36,893 bases of DNA from a virus. Taxonomy: Duplodnaviria > Caudoviricetes. The stretch lies in IMG/VR virus record IMGVR_UViG_3300005077_000055, positions 1 to 36,893 of that record; one strand, written 5' to 3'. Below, piece after piece: positions 26,226-34,885 of this stretch. Numbering within the stretch: the first letter of the stretch is position 1; each line of letters opens with the position of its first letter. A model generated the notes under the pieces. The model saw only the letters and a program-made list of their open reading frames with translations, was not told the DNA's origin and searched no databases. Both the position numbers and the translations under genes were made by a program.

Positions 26226-26983
26226 TGCGTATCCTCGACCTAACCGACGCTACCATGAGGCGTTTTCACATGGGAAGTTGTAGACCTTCTGATCTCCTCA
26301 CAAAACCCGAGGCGGCTGCTCTACTAGGTATGCCTAAGGAGATGCTAGATAAACTCGTCAGGCAAGGGTTCCTCAACCCTGTTGGACTATCGAAATACAG
26401 TAGGCGCTACCGCTTACTGCGCTCTGAGGTCAACAAGGTACGAATGATGCTCGATCAGGGCAGGTGCACTACAGATTACTTAGATGCTGTAGTGGTCTTG
26501 CAGGCTAGAGTAGCCAGACTGGAACAGCGGCAAGAATACCTAGAGACGTTATTGGGGTTACACAGTGAACCATTGCCTACCAAACGCGGGCCGGTGTTGG
26601 CCCTGTACCAGTTGGTGAAGAATTCCTGCAAGTCATTGAATAGAAAGCCAGAAGATATCTTCAGGTGGGCTAAGCTGTTTATCAGTATCACAGAAGAGTT
26701 CTTGGAGCTTTTAGGGCGGTACGCAAATGACGAACGCCCCTGGAAACCATTCGTGGTACTAGCTGACCGCGTGGTTGAAGATATACACGTTGGCGTACTG
26801 CCTATGAGACCGGATCTCAACGCTGCATATCAACTCATCATTCCAGCGAGGGCACAGCTAAAAAGAACTGCCTATTTCTATATCCGCGAAAGGTACGGGT
26901 TGGCTCAAGCTGCTTTGGACATTCCTGACGATGGTGAGCCTAATCGTATGGAAGAGATTGCGAAGATTGCACTGGGGTTATAG
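26225..26983 (+). CDS. Excisionase/MerR-like helix-turn-helix DNA-binding protein with coiled coil
   Basis: LLTKPEAAALLGMPKEMLDKLVRQGFL.P......RYRLLRSEV fits a Xis-like HTH, followed by LQARVARLEQRQEYLE. The true start is uncertain and may be a downstream ATG. Confidence 0.7.
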   Translation: MRILDLTDATMRRFHMGSCRPSDLLTKPEAAALLGMPKEMLDKLVRQGFLNPVGLSKYSRRYRLLRSEVNKVRMMLDQGRCTTDYLDAVVVLQARVARLEQRQEYLETLLGLHSEPLPTKRGPVLALYQLVKNSCKSLNRKPEDIFRWAKLFISITEEFLELLGRYANDERPWKPFVVLADRVVEDIHVGVLPMRPDLNAAYQLIIPARAQLKRTAYFYIRERYGLAQAALDIPDDGEPNRMEEIAKIALGL

Positions 26984-27247
26984 CTAGTTGTCGTTGCCAC
27001 TATCTCCGGGCACACCCAACAGATCCTCTGCCAATAAAAGCGCGCTATCTTCAGTATCAGCCCCATCGACCCACTCAGGTACAAAAAGACTGTTCAGGTA
27101 GGCTACGATCCTAATCCTGCCAGCTATTGATCTGACCTTGAGGATACGCTCTACACAATCCTTGAGTGTATCCACCTCTACAGGGGCTGCTTCCTGCGCC
27201 TCAATAAAACCCTCGTCTATCACTACGTCGCTTTTAGATGACATCAC
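26984..27247 (-). CDS. Hypothetical acidic protein
   Basis: 87-aa ORF packed tightly after the terminase stop. Confidence 0.5.
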   Translation of the reverse strand: MMSSKSDVVIDEGFIEAQEAAPVEVDTLKDCVERILKVRSIAGRIRIVAYLNSLFVPEWVDGADTEDSALLLAEDLLGVPGDSGNDN

Positions 27248-27250
27248 AAC

Positions 27251-30200
27251 CTACCCTTGATCTAGTGGCCCGCTGTATCCAGAACCATGGACTGGACCTG
27301 TACCAGGTTCTTCACGTCTAGGCGATGTAATATCGGACCTAGGATGAACGAGTATCGATACCAGCACGCAGTAAACCAGACTGTGAAAGCTGTCGTCGGG
27401 TTTGTCTGGTGAGTGCCCGTATTGGATCATCGCTAGCTTCTCGTTGTACTCACCGAAAATATTACACATATCCTGTGCGTATGGGTTCTTGAACTCCTCC
27501 CAGTTGGGGAACTGAACTTGCTTACGCCGAATGAGATTGAATACGTCAGACATGACGTCAGTGCGGTGCGTCTTCCAAAGTATCCTCCTGGGATCCCACT
27601 CCACCTTCTTCTTACACCTGGCCATGTAGTGGTAACGGTGAAGGCGCTGAGGACCCACGCGGCGCACTAGGTAATTATTGGGGTAATGACCACCGCCATA
27701 GTCGACGCCAATAAGTTTGACGTTGAAGTCCGTAATTAGCTCCATGATGAGCTCTAGCTGCTCATCAGGTTCCGTTTCTTGCCCCGTACATCGGTGCATA
27801 TAAAAGACCCTGAACATGTTGCCGATGTACGTGGCCATGGTGATGACTGTGTACGAATTCTCCCCAGTGCCCCAATCTATGCCCATGAAAATTGGCTGAC
27901 CGTAGGCGAGCGACCGATAGCTTTCTAGGTGGTCTCCGTGCATAAGTACCTCTTCATTACAGCACTCCTTGATGTGCTGCATTGTGAGTGGCCTAAGCCC
28001 GGAGTCATAACTGATACCCAGGACCTCATTGTAGAACTTGTCCCTGGGGTACCTCTCGTAGTCCAGTAGGATTTCCTTCCACGGCTTCCACGGGACCATA
28101 AGCTGGCTAACTCGGTAGGACTCAAATATGCCGTCGTTACGCATATTGGCCCACGTAGCGTCTTCATGTTGCGGAGAGATACTGCCTCCGCACCGCTCAC
28201 AGATCAGACCATTGTTGCCTATGTTTCGCTCACCCAGAATGTTCCAGAAGCGACCTCGACCACCCTTTACTGTACTACCGCAGTGAGTACACGGTACGAC
28301 CCACTCACCCTGTGTGCTCATAGATTGGTCCTTGACGTAACCGGACCAATAGAACTCGATGGTGTTGTCTAGTGTCTTGGGTGTCCCAGAATACAGAAAC
28401 GTCCTCCACATTTCCGGTGCGTGGCTTGTGCACTGCTCGATAACCGGGATGTTGTCGTAGAGGATGTCTTGGATCTCATCGATCTCAAGGAGGTAGGCAG
28501 GGATGCCACGCGTGTTATGCACGAACAGACCATCTGACAAGTAGTTGGCAAACCCCTGAATTGACAGGTCAAAGGTTTGCTCCTCTCCATTCTGCGCTAT
28601 CTCCTCGATCTGAGCCCAACCAATGTCACTATCGGCGTACGCACACAGCAGGGCGTCATTCAACTTCAAACCTATTTTGCGCAGCAGCTGCCTCCCGATC
28701 GAATCCCTACGGCAATCTGGTCGAAGTTGAATTTTGTACTTGACCCATGCCGTGTGTGTACTGATCCCGTACGTAGCCTTTAGGTATCCCCTAAGTGCAG
28801 CGTAGCTCAGGGGGATCCGATCATGGTCCTGCTTTACGATACCAACCTTGCTAGCTTCCTCCCTGACCAACTCTACAGCCTCCTCCTTACCGAAGATACT
28901 AATCTCACGGCAGAACGTGAGCACATGCTGACTGTGCCTAATGCTTAGAACGTAGCCGCCCTTAGCATTAGGTGTAGATGGCTTCTTTTGTTTGCTGATA
29001 CAACATTGAATACCAAACCGAAGGAGCAGTTGCTTGATGTCAACGAGCAGACCTTTGGAGTTGGAACTATACCCAATCTCAAACTGACGCTGCTTGCTAA
29101 CGCTGGCCCAACCATCCGTCGAAAAGAGGGCGTTCAAGAAATGCGTAATCTGCACCTTGTCCCCTTTGAAGAACTCTTCAGGAACTCTCTTCGTATCATG
29201 CTGGGTCCCGATGACTCCCAGCTGTCTCAACCGTTTCTTGTATCCCGCCCGCCCGCCTCCAATCCACTGACGTTTCGTCTGCGAATGCACCCAGTGTTTT
29301 CGATTACTGTCCTGCAACCTCCCAAGTGGCGCGCCCAGGACCTCTGCACACCGCCTAAAGTCATCCAAGATCCTATTGTTGCCGTTATGCAACGCCGTGG
29401 CATTTGTGGTGGTCACAGATCCGTCGCCAATGAGGTACCCCACCAAACGAAACTCCTCCACTGGTGTACACAACCCCGGCCCATGAGGAAGTTTGCTGGG
29501 CACAGCAACCCAATCATCCAGGGTCAACTCCTCCAAAAGCCTCCAACCATCCCAAGTCAGCAACGGTTGATTTTCAGTACAATGCAGCTCTACGCCACCT
29601 TGAAGATGGACATCGAATATCGGCCTAACACCCTGGTCCACAACTTCTGTGAGTACACCTGTCACCAGCTTGCGACTGCCTGCTGGGTCAACAGACCAGA
29701 CCAGTTTACCTAAGTAATCCTGCGGACTTTGATGAATCTTGGCCAAACTGGTCACGCTACCATCGACAAAGTGCACTCGGGTATCCCCGGTGACACAACG
29801 ATCGGCGTTGAGGAACGCGTAGCTCTGAGTAATTGTAGACCAATTAGAACTCTTCTTCTCGAAGATGTTCTGCGTCTTGGTAGCGGGGAAGTATGCTCTG
29901 AGGATCTCACTGGTTTCAATTGGCTCCTTCAGACGGTCTGCGCTAAACGTCTTCGACTGCGTGGCTGAAGGAGACACGTACAAAGACCGGTGCCCGGGTA
30001 CAAGACAACTAAGTGTAATGGCCTTGTTGCCTAAGAACGTAGATTTCTCGACCTGTCTGGCGCATTTTAGTAGAATCTTGTGCGCTGGACTGTCGTAGAT
30101 CCGCCTCATATGCCTTCGGCCTTCGAAACTGAAGTTCGATAGACCTACTCCGTCATGAGTCGGCATCATGAAGGCTATTTCGACAAACTGAGAGTGGTAT

Positions 30201-30385
30201 AGTTCGGCTCGTTCTATCTTGGATGAGTGTGTTTCGTTGTACCGGCTGTACGCATCAGATAAATCGACCTTGCTTGCGTCGAGCCAGGCTTGCGCTACCT
30301 CGTCCGGTTCGTCATCCTCATCAAAGATTGGCTGATAGCCAATATCGTACTCAGGGAAAACATCGTAAAGGGATTGCTCAATCAT
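27251..30385 (-). CDS. terL: Terminase large subunit (GpA-like), intein-containing
   Basis: Walker A-like KCARQVEKST, Walker B TRG...LLEIDEIQD, coupling motif SGTP, Zn motif PCTHC...ICERC, nuclease motifs MGIDWG, GVDYG and PDDSFHS. Confidence 0.9.
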   Translation of the reverse strand: MIEQSLYDVFPEYDIGYQPIFDEDDEPDEVAQAWLDASKVDLSDAYSRYNETHSSKIERAELYHSQFVEIAFMMPTHDGVGLSNFSFEGRRHMRRIYDSPAHKILLKCARQVEKSTFLGNKAITLSCLVPGHRSLYVSPSATQSKTFSADRLKEPIETSEILRAYFPATKTQNIFEKKSSNWSTITQSYAFLNADRCVTGDTRVHFVDGSVTSLAKIHQSPQDYLGKLVWSVDPAGSRKLVTGVLTEVVDQGVRPIFDVHLQGGVELHCTENQPLLTWDGWRLLEELTLDDWVAVPSKLPHGPGLCTPVEEFRLVGYLIGDGSVTTTNATALHNGNNRILDDFRRCAEVLGAPLGRLQDSNRKHWVHSQTKRQWIGGGRAGYKKRLRQLGVIGTQHDTKRVPEEFFKGDKVQITHFLNALFSTDGWASVSKQRQFEIGYSSNSKGLLVDIKQLLLRFGIQCCISKQKKPSTPNAKGGYVLSIRHSQHVLTFCREISIFGKEEAVELVREEASKVGIVKQDHDRIPLSYAALRGYLKATYGISTHTAWVKYKIQLRPDCRRDSIGRQLLRKIGLKLNDALLCAYADSDIGWAQIEEIAQNGEEQTFDLSIQGFANYLSDGLFVHNTRGIPAYLLEIDEIQDILYDNIPVIEQCTSHAPEMWRTFLYSGTPKTLDNTIEFYWSGYVKDQSMSTQGEWVVPCTHCGSTVKGGRGRFWNILGERNIGNNGLICERCGGSISPQHEDATWANMRNDGIFESYRVSQLMVPWKPWKEILLDYERYPRDKFYNEVLGISYDSGLRPLTMQHIKECCNEEVLMHGDHLESYRSLAYGQPIFMGIDWGTGENSYTVITMATYIGNMFRVFYMHRCTGQETEPDEQLELIMELITDFNVKLIGVDYGGGHYPNNYLVRRVGPQRLHRYHYMARCKKKVEWDPRRILWKTHRTDVMSDVFNLIRRKQVQFPNWEEFKNPYAQDMCNIFGEYNEKLAMIQYGHSPDKPDDSFHSLVYCVLVSILVHPRSDITSPRREEPGTGPVHGSGYSGPLDQG
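28514..29797 (-). mobile_element. Intein with LAGLIDADG homing endonuclease in the terminase ATPase domain (428 aa)
   Basis: Block A CVTGDTRVHFVDG, block B CTENQPLL, endonuclease motifs LVGYLIGDG and FLNALFSTDG, blocks F/G TFDLSIQGFANYLSDGLFVHN followed by +1 Thr. Splicing restores NADR-TRG. Confidence 0.93.
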
Positions 30386-30677
30386 GACAACACCGTATCA
30401 AGAACCACACGATGCACTAGTAGAACTTTATCAATCACTCGCACTTGCTGCTGGTGACGCGTTAGGACCTGGTCATTTCCCAGAGTATACCCGTGAAGAG
30501 AGTATGCTGCGACTCCATCTGCACGGCGCTGATAGAGAACGCATGCAGATGGTGCGCAATTACTCCAAGAGTTATCTTAGGGCTAAAGGCTTCAGTGTGG
30601 ATATCAAGTGCCACAAGAATGATCTGGTTATTGTATGCCGCACGCAGGTGGAAGAGCCGAATCGAGCTTTTCGATGA
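30384..30677 (+). CDS. Hypothetical protein (opposite strand)
   Basis: 97-aa ATG ORF with globular-looking composition that fills an otherwise empty gap. Its start overlaps the terminase start codon. Confidence 0.45.
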   Translation: MTTPYQEPHDALVELYQSLALAAGDALGPGHFPEYTREESMLRLHLHGADRERMQMVRNYSKSYLRAKGFSVDIKCHKNDLVIVCRTQVEEPNRAFR

Positions 30678-31041
30678 ATTGACGGCACAGGCCCTCTGGA
30701 TCATGGTGATCAGCGAAGTTCCTCGCCTCGAACCACCACGCGTTCAATTCTTCCGTGTGACTAGCAATTAGCCTGGGATACGTGGCCGCAAAGAAGCTTT
30801 CTGCTGTGTCACTAAGCGCTCGAGGGAACGTGCAAGTCCAGTACTCACTGAAGGCAGCGCTATTCGGGTCGAGATCGTATGGAGGGAAGAAGTGAAAGAC
30901 CAGGTGCTGACCCTTTACCACGTATTCAGCGGTGAACGTGTTGTAGGATGTATCTACTGTGAACTCCAGTGGCGTAGCACCTACAGGAGTTTCCTTCCGC
31001 ACAGTACCGGCCACACGCTCTCCCGCTAAGCGCTCCGTCAT
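30628..31041 (-). CDS. Hypothetical protein
   Basis: 137-aa ORF with TAATG coupling to the upstream gene. Aromatic-rich. Confidence 0.6.
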   Translation of the reverse strand: MTERLAGERVAGTVRKETPVGATPLEFTVDTSYNTFTAEYVVKGQHLVFHFFPPYDLDPNSAAFSEYWTCTFPRALSDTAESFFAATYPRLIASHTEELNAWWFEARNFADHHDPEGLCRQFIEKLDSALPPACGIQ

Positions 31042-31982
31042 TAGTTGGATTCCTTACTGGGTGGTTCGCGAAGGTTTTCATAGTCAGAAGAATGCTCACC
31101 GCCACTTAGTTCGTTGATGCTGGGTATCCTGGTGGTGTCCACCTTGTTCTTGAGCTCGCTGACAGCTTTACGCAGCACTTCTTCCGGTTTGTTGCTGGCC
31201 AAGGCCATCGCATGCGCCTTCTCAGCAATCATCATGTAGCCTAGCCCCTTCTCATAATCGTGTGAGCCACACGCCATAGAGAACCTCTGTACCTGAGCTA
31301 GGCAATTGCTCTTGACCTCCTGGAGCACTTCTAGTTCCTCGGCGTATCTGGGTTTGATGCCCAATTTCATCTGAACGATCCTAGCTGCCGCTGCAGAACT
31401 AGGCAGATCTGCTGCGATGGTCCTAGCGTCCTCGTACCTAGTACGATCCAGCGCACTGAACTGAGCCTTTATGAACGGGTCGTCTATCAACTTGACCTGG
31501 TCTACCTCGCACTTTAGTAGCGCTCTGATGCTAGTTCTGTCCATTGAGGCGACGTCCCAAAAGTAATGTGCAAAGCGCGCTACTGAATTGGGACTACACT
31601 GGAACCCTTGCGTCTTGTGCAGCACCTCTGCAATCAACGGGTGCGTGGCACGCGTAATAAGCATAGCCTCCGCTACCTCTCGCAGATTGGCGTTATGGAA
31701 AATGGTAATCGCGCCCTTGGTAAAAACATCCGGGTGATGCAGCCCTACGATCCCCTCGCGCTTGAGAAATGCCATGCTGCTTTTATGTTTCGCGTCCCAC
31801 GGAAAGTAAGGTGATGGCACCTTGAGACGCCGTCTGAGTGAATCGAGGTAATCGTAAGAGATGAACGGTACCCTGAGCGTAACGACCTCTCTCACCAAAC
31901 CTTTATTATCTGGGCAGTCGGGGCGTGACAGCAGGAATTTCAGGTACCGTTCTGCGGGGCTCTTGGATATGGACGTGGCCAT
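31041..31982 (-). CDS. Hypothetical helical protein (terminase small subunit candidate by position)
   Basis: 313 aa with a GAGGT RBS, upstream of terL. Contains an HTH-like segment (HPLIAEVL...SPNSVARFAHYFWD). Function is not established. Confidence 0.5.
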   Translation of the reverse strand: MATSISKSPAERYLKFLLSRPDCPDNKGLVREVVTLRVPFISYDYLDSLRRRLKVPSPYFPWDAKHKSSMAFLKREGIVGLHHPDVFTKGAITIFHNANLREVAEAMLITRATHPLIAEVLHKTQGFQCSPNSVARFAHYFWDVASMDRTSIRALLKCEVDQVKLIDDPFIKAQFSALDRTRYEDARTIAADLPSSAAAARIVQMKLGIKPRYAEELEVLQEVKSNCLAQVQRFSMACGSHDYEKGLGYMMIAEKAHAMALASNKPEEVLRKAVSELKNKVDTTRIPSINELSGGEHSSDYENLREPPSKESN

Positions 31983-31989
31983 AGTTACC

Positions 31990-34233
31990 TCATTGCTTAC
32001 GGAATGCGAGAACCTTGAGGCCGTTGATCACCTCTTCCGTGGATTTGATCGACCTCTCCAGCGCAGACGTGGGTATTTCTCTAATTCCGAGGCGTGATGC
32101 AAGAAGCAACTCGCACATCTTGGCCTGAGCATCATCAATACGTGGCAAGTACTCAACGAACGTAAGAATATTCTCTGGGTTGAGGAAGCCCAGACTGAGC
32201 ACAGTGTCGACTGCTGTTGGGTCTGCGATCACGGCCGCTTCTTTGAACAGCACTTTCTTGAGAGCTGGCACAGCATTTACGTACGCAGCGGCCTTCTCTT
32301 TACCAGCATCAGCAAATTCCCGCACTGTAGTGATCCGACGTGCAATTTTGACCCGAATCGGCTCCTGTTGTTGCCACGCCTGCGCAATTTTGGTCACACC
32401 ATACGACGGCTCGACACCAAGACCGCCGAGCAAAAACATTGCGCCGTCGCGATCGAGGAAGGAACGTTCCTCGTGAGCCAATTTATCCACAGCGGGTCCA
32501 GAGAAACTGAAGCTATCTGGTCCACCAGATCGAATTTCGACGTAACTAGAGTGCGACTGGGCTGCGGTTTTTGCCTCAACAGCGTCGGCCTCACCCTCCA
32601 GCACAACGTTCTGGCATCTGTCCAGACTGAGCCACTTGAATTCGGCGGGTACAACCATGGTGTCACCAACGAGTTCAACCGTCTGAATCACAGGCTGCAC
32701 CTTGATTTTGATCTGCTGACCGTGGAAACTAGTAGCCATGAGAGCCACTTCGCCACGATCTGACATCGCAGCGTGAATATCCAGAGGAATTGTTGCCTGG
32801 GCTTTACCGTTAGCGAGCACCTTATAGAAGCAGCCCTTGCCGATCGGCCTGCTTTCCATGAGCGGCGCTCCCTCACCAGCTTTCATCCCGACAATTTCAC
32901 CCTGGAGAGCAGCCGCAGACCCGTTGGTGAAAAGCGCGAGTGGCAAACTGTGGCCGTCCACATCTAGAAGGTTGGGGAAGACATAACCAATCAGGTCGTC
33001 CCCATCCTTGGTGCGCACCTTGTAGAGACCGAAGTCATGAATAATTTCGGCTTTCGGTCCCTCTGGCATATCGGAGTCAACTTCAGCACCCTGAGCGATG
33101 GTCATGGAGCCAGATGTATCAACGGCGAGGGCAATCTTCTCCCCGAACGTACGTACAAGCTCACCTCGATGCATGTACCCGCCGACTGGATGCCACATTT
33201 TGGCGCTTGCTCTCTTGACCAGATAACCATCGATGGTCTTGGCAATCTGCATGACGTCAGGCCTAATCATTGCTGGCAGCCGCTCCGCTGTCTTGGTGTA
33301 ATCATTGTGGATGTACTGGTCTAGCGTGTCGAGAGAAGATTTGAGGGCTGGTGCGTTGGCCATATATCCAGCTGCGACATCCGGTTGAGTACACACGCTG
33401 GCGAATTTTTCGTAGTCGGCACTGTTGACGGTTGGCAAAATAGCTGTCAGCAGGGATACCGAGCTGACCTTGTCTCTAACGGTGCTGATTGAACTGTTCG
33501 AGGCGATGTGCGGATACTTTTTGGCCACGGCCGCAAATACCTGTGACTTCTCCTCTGGTGAGCCATGCATCCTGGCGAATCCGAGAGCGATGCGGGCGTG
33601 GTTCTCATCGTGGATTGGGTATTTACGGAGGGACGGAATAGCAAAATGCTCTTCCTTGATTTTGCTGCGAGCATTCTCAGAAAGAGGGGCAGCAGTCTTG
33701 TCCGCTCCGATTACCGTACCACCACCCATACCGTAGTTCTGTCTGAACGGTGGGTACAGCTGACTGATAATGGACATGTCGCCTGGTGTCTTCGAGGCGA
33801 TGTCAAACATCTGCGGACGGAACATCGCCTGTCTCAGCCGGGACTCTGTCAAAGGCAGCACCTTGCTGTCATCAGTAAGTACGAGGTCGAGGGACTGGAG
33901 TTTCTTCTCGGAAATAATGACTGGGATGCGCGCTTTGCGAATACCGGCTGCTTGTAACTGAGTCTCTGGAGCCGCAGGTGCAGCTTCAGTTTTGCTGGAT
34001 ACTTCAATCCAGCCCAATCCCACTCCCCGCTCTCCATCTACAGATAGCAGATTTATGTTCGGCTCAAAATCCGAGATGTACGGGACCTGCTTGTAGAGTT
34101 CCTGCAGGATCTCCGTCGACCATTGGTTAGGATCGTCAGGCAGCGTAACTTCCGCGGCTTCTTTCTCAAATGACAAGGGTCGGTCTAGGAAAAGATCAGT
34201 CATGACGTACTCCGATGCTAGAGATTGTGCCAT
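31990..34233 (-). CDS. Large head-associated protein with many K-x-A motifs and an inserted DUF6582-like domain
   Basis: Motifs EKEAA, DKTAA, DKVSS, EKFAS, TKTAE, KRAS, EKIAL, AKTAA, DKLAH, TKIAQ, EKAAA, FKEAA. Insert contains FAIPSLRKYPIHDENHARIAL. The start may be ATG 34203. Confidence 0.65.
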   Translation of the reverse strand: MAQSLASEYVMTDLFLDRPLSFEKEAAEVTLPDDPNQWSTEILQELYKQVPYISDFEPNINLLSVDGERGVGLGWIEVSSKTEAAPAAPETQLQAAGIRKARIPVIISEKKLQSLDLVLTDDSKVLPLTESRLRQAMFRPQMFDIASKTPGDMSIISQLYPPFRQNYGMGGGTVIGADKTAAPLSENARSKIKEEHFAIPSLRKYPIHDENHARIALGFARMHGSPEEKSQVFAAVAKKYPHIASNSSISTVRDKVSSVSLLTAILPTVNSADYEKFASVCTQPDVAAGYMANAPALKSSLDTLDQYIHNDYTKTAERLPAMIRPDVMQIAKTIDGYLVKRASAKMWHPVGGYMHRGELVRTFGEKIALAVDTSGSMTIAQGAEVDSDMPEGPKAEIIHDFGLYKVRTKDGDDLIGYVFPNLLDVDGHSLPLALFTNGSAAALQGEIVGMKAGEGAPLMESRPIGKGCFYKVLANGKAQATIPLDIHAAMSDRGEVALMATSFHGQQIKIKVQPVIQTVELVGDTMVVPAEFKWLSLDRCQNVVLEGEADAVEAKTAAQSHSSYVEIRSGGPDSFSFSGPAVDKLAHEERSFLDRDGAMFLLGGLGVEPSYGVTKIAQAWQQQEPIRVKIARRITTVREFADAGKEKAAAYVNAVPALKKVLFKEAAVIADPTAVDTVLSLGFLNPENILTFVEYLPRIDDAQAKMCELLLASRLGIREIPTSALERSIKSTEEVINGLKVLAFRKQ

Positions 34234-34237
34234 CTTA

Positions 34238-34885
34238 CTACGGCTGCACCTTGATGAAGAACTGCAGATTCTCCCAAAGGGTGGGTTCCATCACGCCTAT
34301 CGTAAGGAAGTAACCCTTATCACTCCCACTGTGAAATGGGGCCAACGTAGACATACGGCCCTTGATCTCGTCCATAGCCTCTTCCACGGACCACTCATCG
34401 TCGGTAGCTACGAATGCAAACCCACCAGCTCCCATGGCAACATTGAGAGCTAAAATAAAGTCTTGCAGGGCTAACCTAGCACTGATAGCCGGGCCTTTTA
34501 CCTTCAGCAGTAAGTCTATGATGAGCTTGATACCACCTATCTTAGCCTGGATAGCAGCGGCTACAGCTAGGTTGGCTGACAGACTGGCACTGAAATCAAT
34601 CGTAGGAATCAACTCAATTTGTAGTGCAGCCTGTAGTACGGCCTGGAGTGCTACTAACGGGTTGCCTATGGCGATACCAATGTCCGCAGCTGCGCTTATA
34701 GCCGCGTTGAACTCTAACTGCGCATCGAACAGTAGACCACCCAAACCAAAGTTACCCGATATAGCAAAGTCCAGTTGACCCAACAGTATGTCTAACTGTG
34801 CTACCAGTGTAGGAAGCATAGCCTGCATAGTTAGCCCTACTGGAATCATTTCGCCGATAGCTAATGAATCCTGGCGAGTAATCAT
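34238..34885 (-). CDS. Hydrophobic helical protein, probably baseplate-associated
   Basis: ATGA-coupled to the spike-like gene. Ala/Leu/Ile-rich amphipathic helices. Confidence 0.5.
   Translation of the reverse strand: MITRQDSLAIGEMIPVGLTMQAMLPTLVAQLDILLGQLDFAISGNFGLGGLLFDAQLEFNAAISAAADIGIAIGNPLVALQAVLQAALQIELIPTIDFSASLSANLAVAAAIQAKIGGIKLIIDLLLKVKGPAISARLALQDFILALNVAMGAGGFAFVATDDEWSVEEAMDEIKGRMSTLAPFHSGSDKGYFLTIGVMEPTLWENLQFFIKVQP

Noticed and set aside
26225-26983. Excisionase indicating a prophage boundary
   Set aside because: No integrase, att-like repeat or host gene is nearby, and the protein is much longer than a typical Xis.
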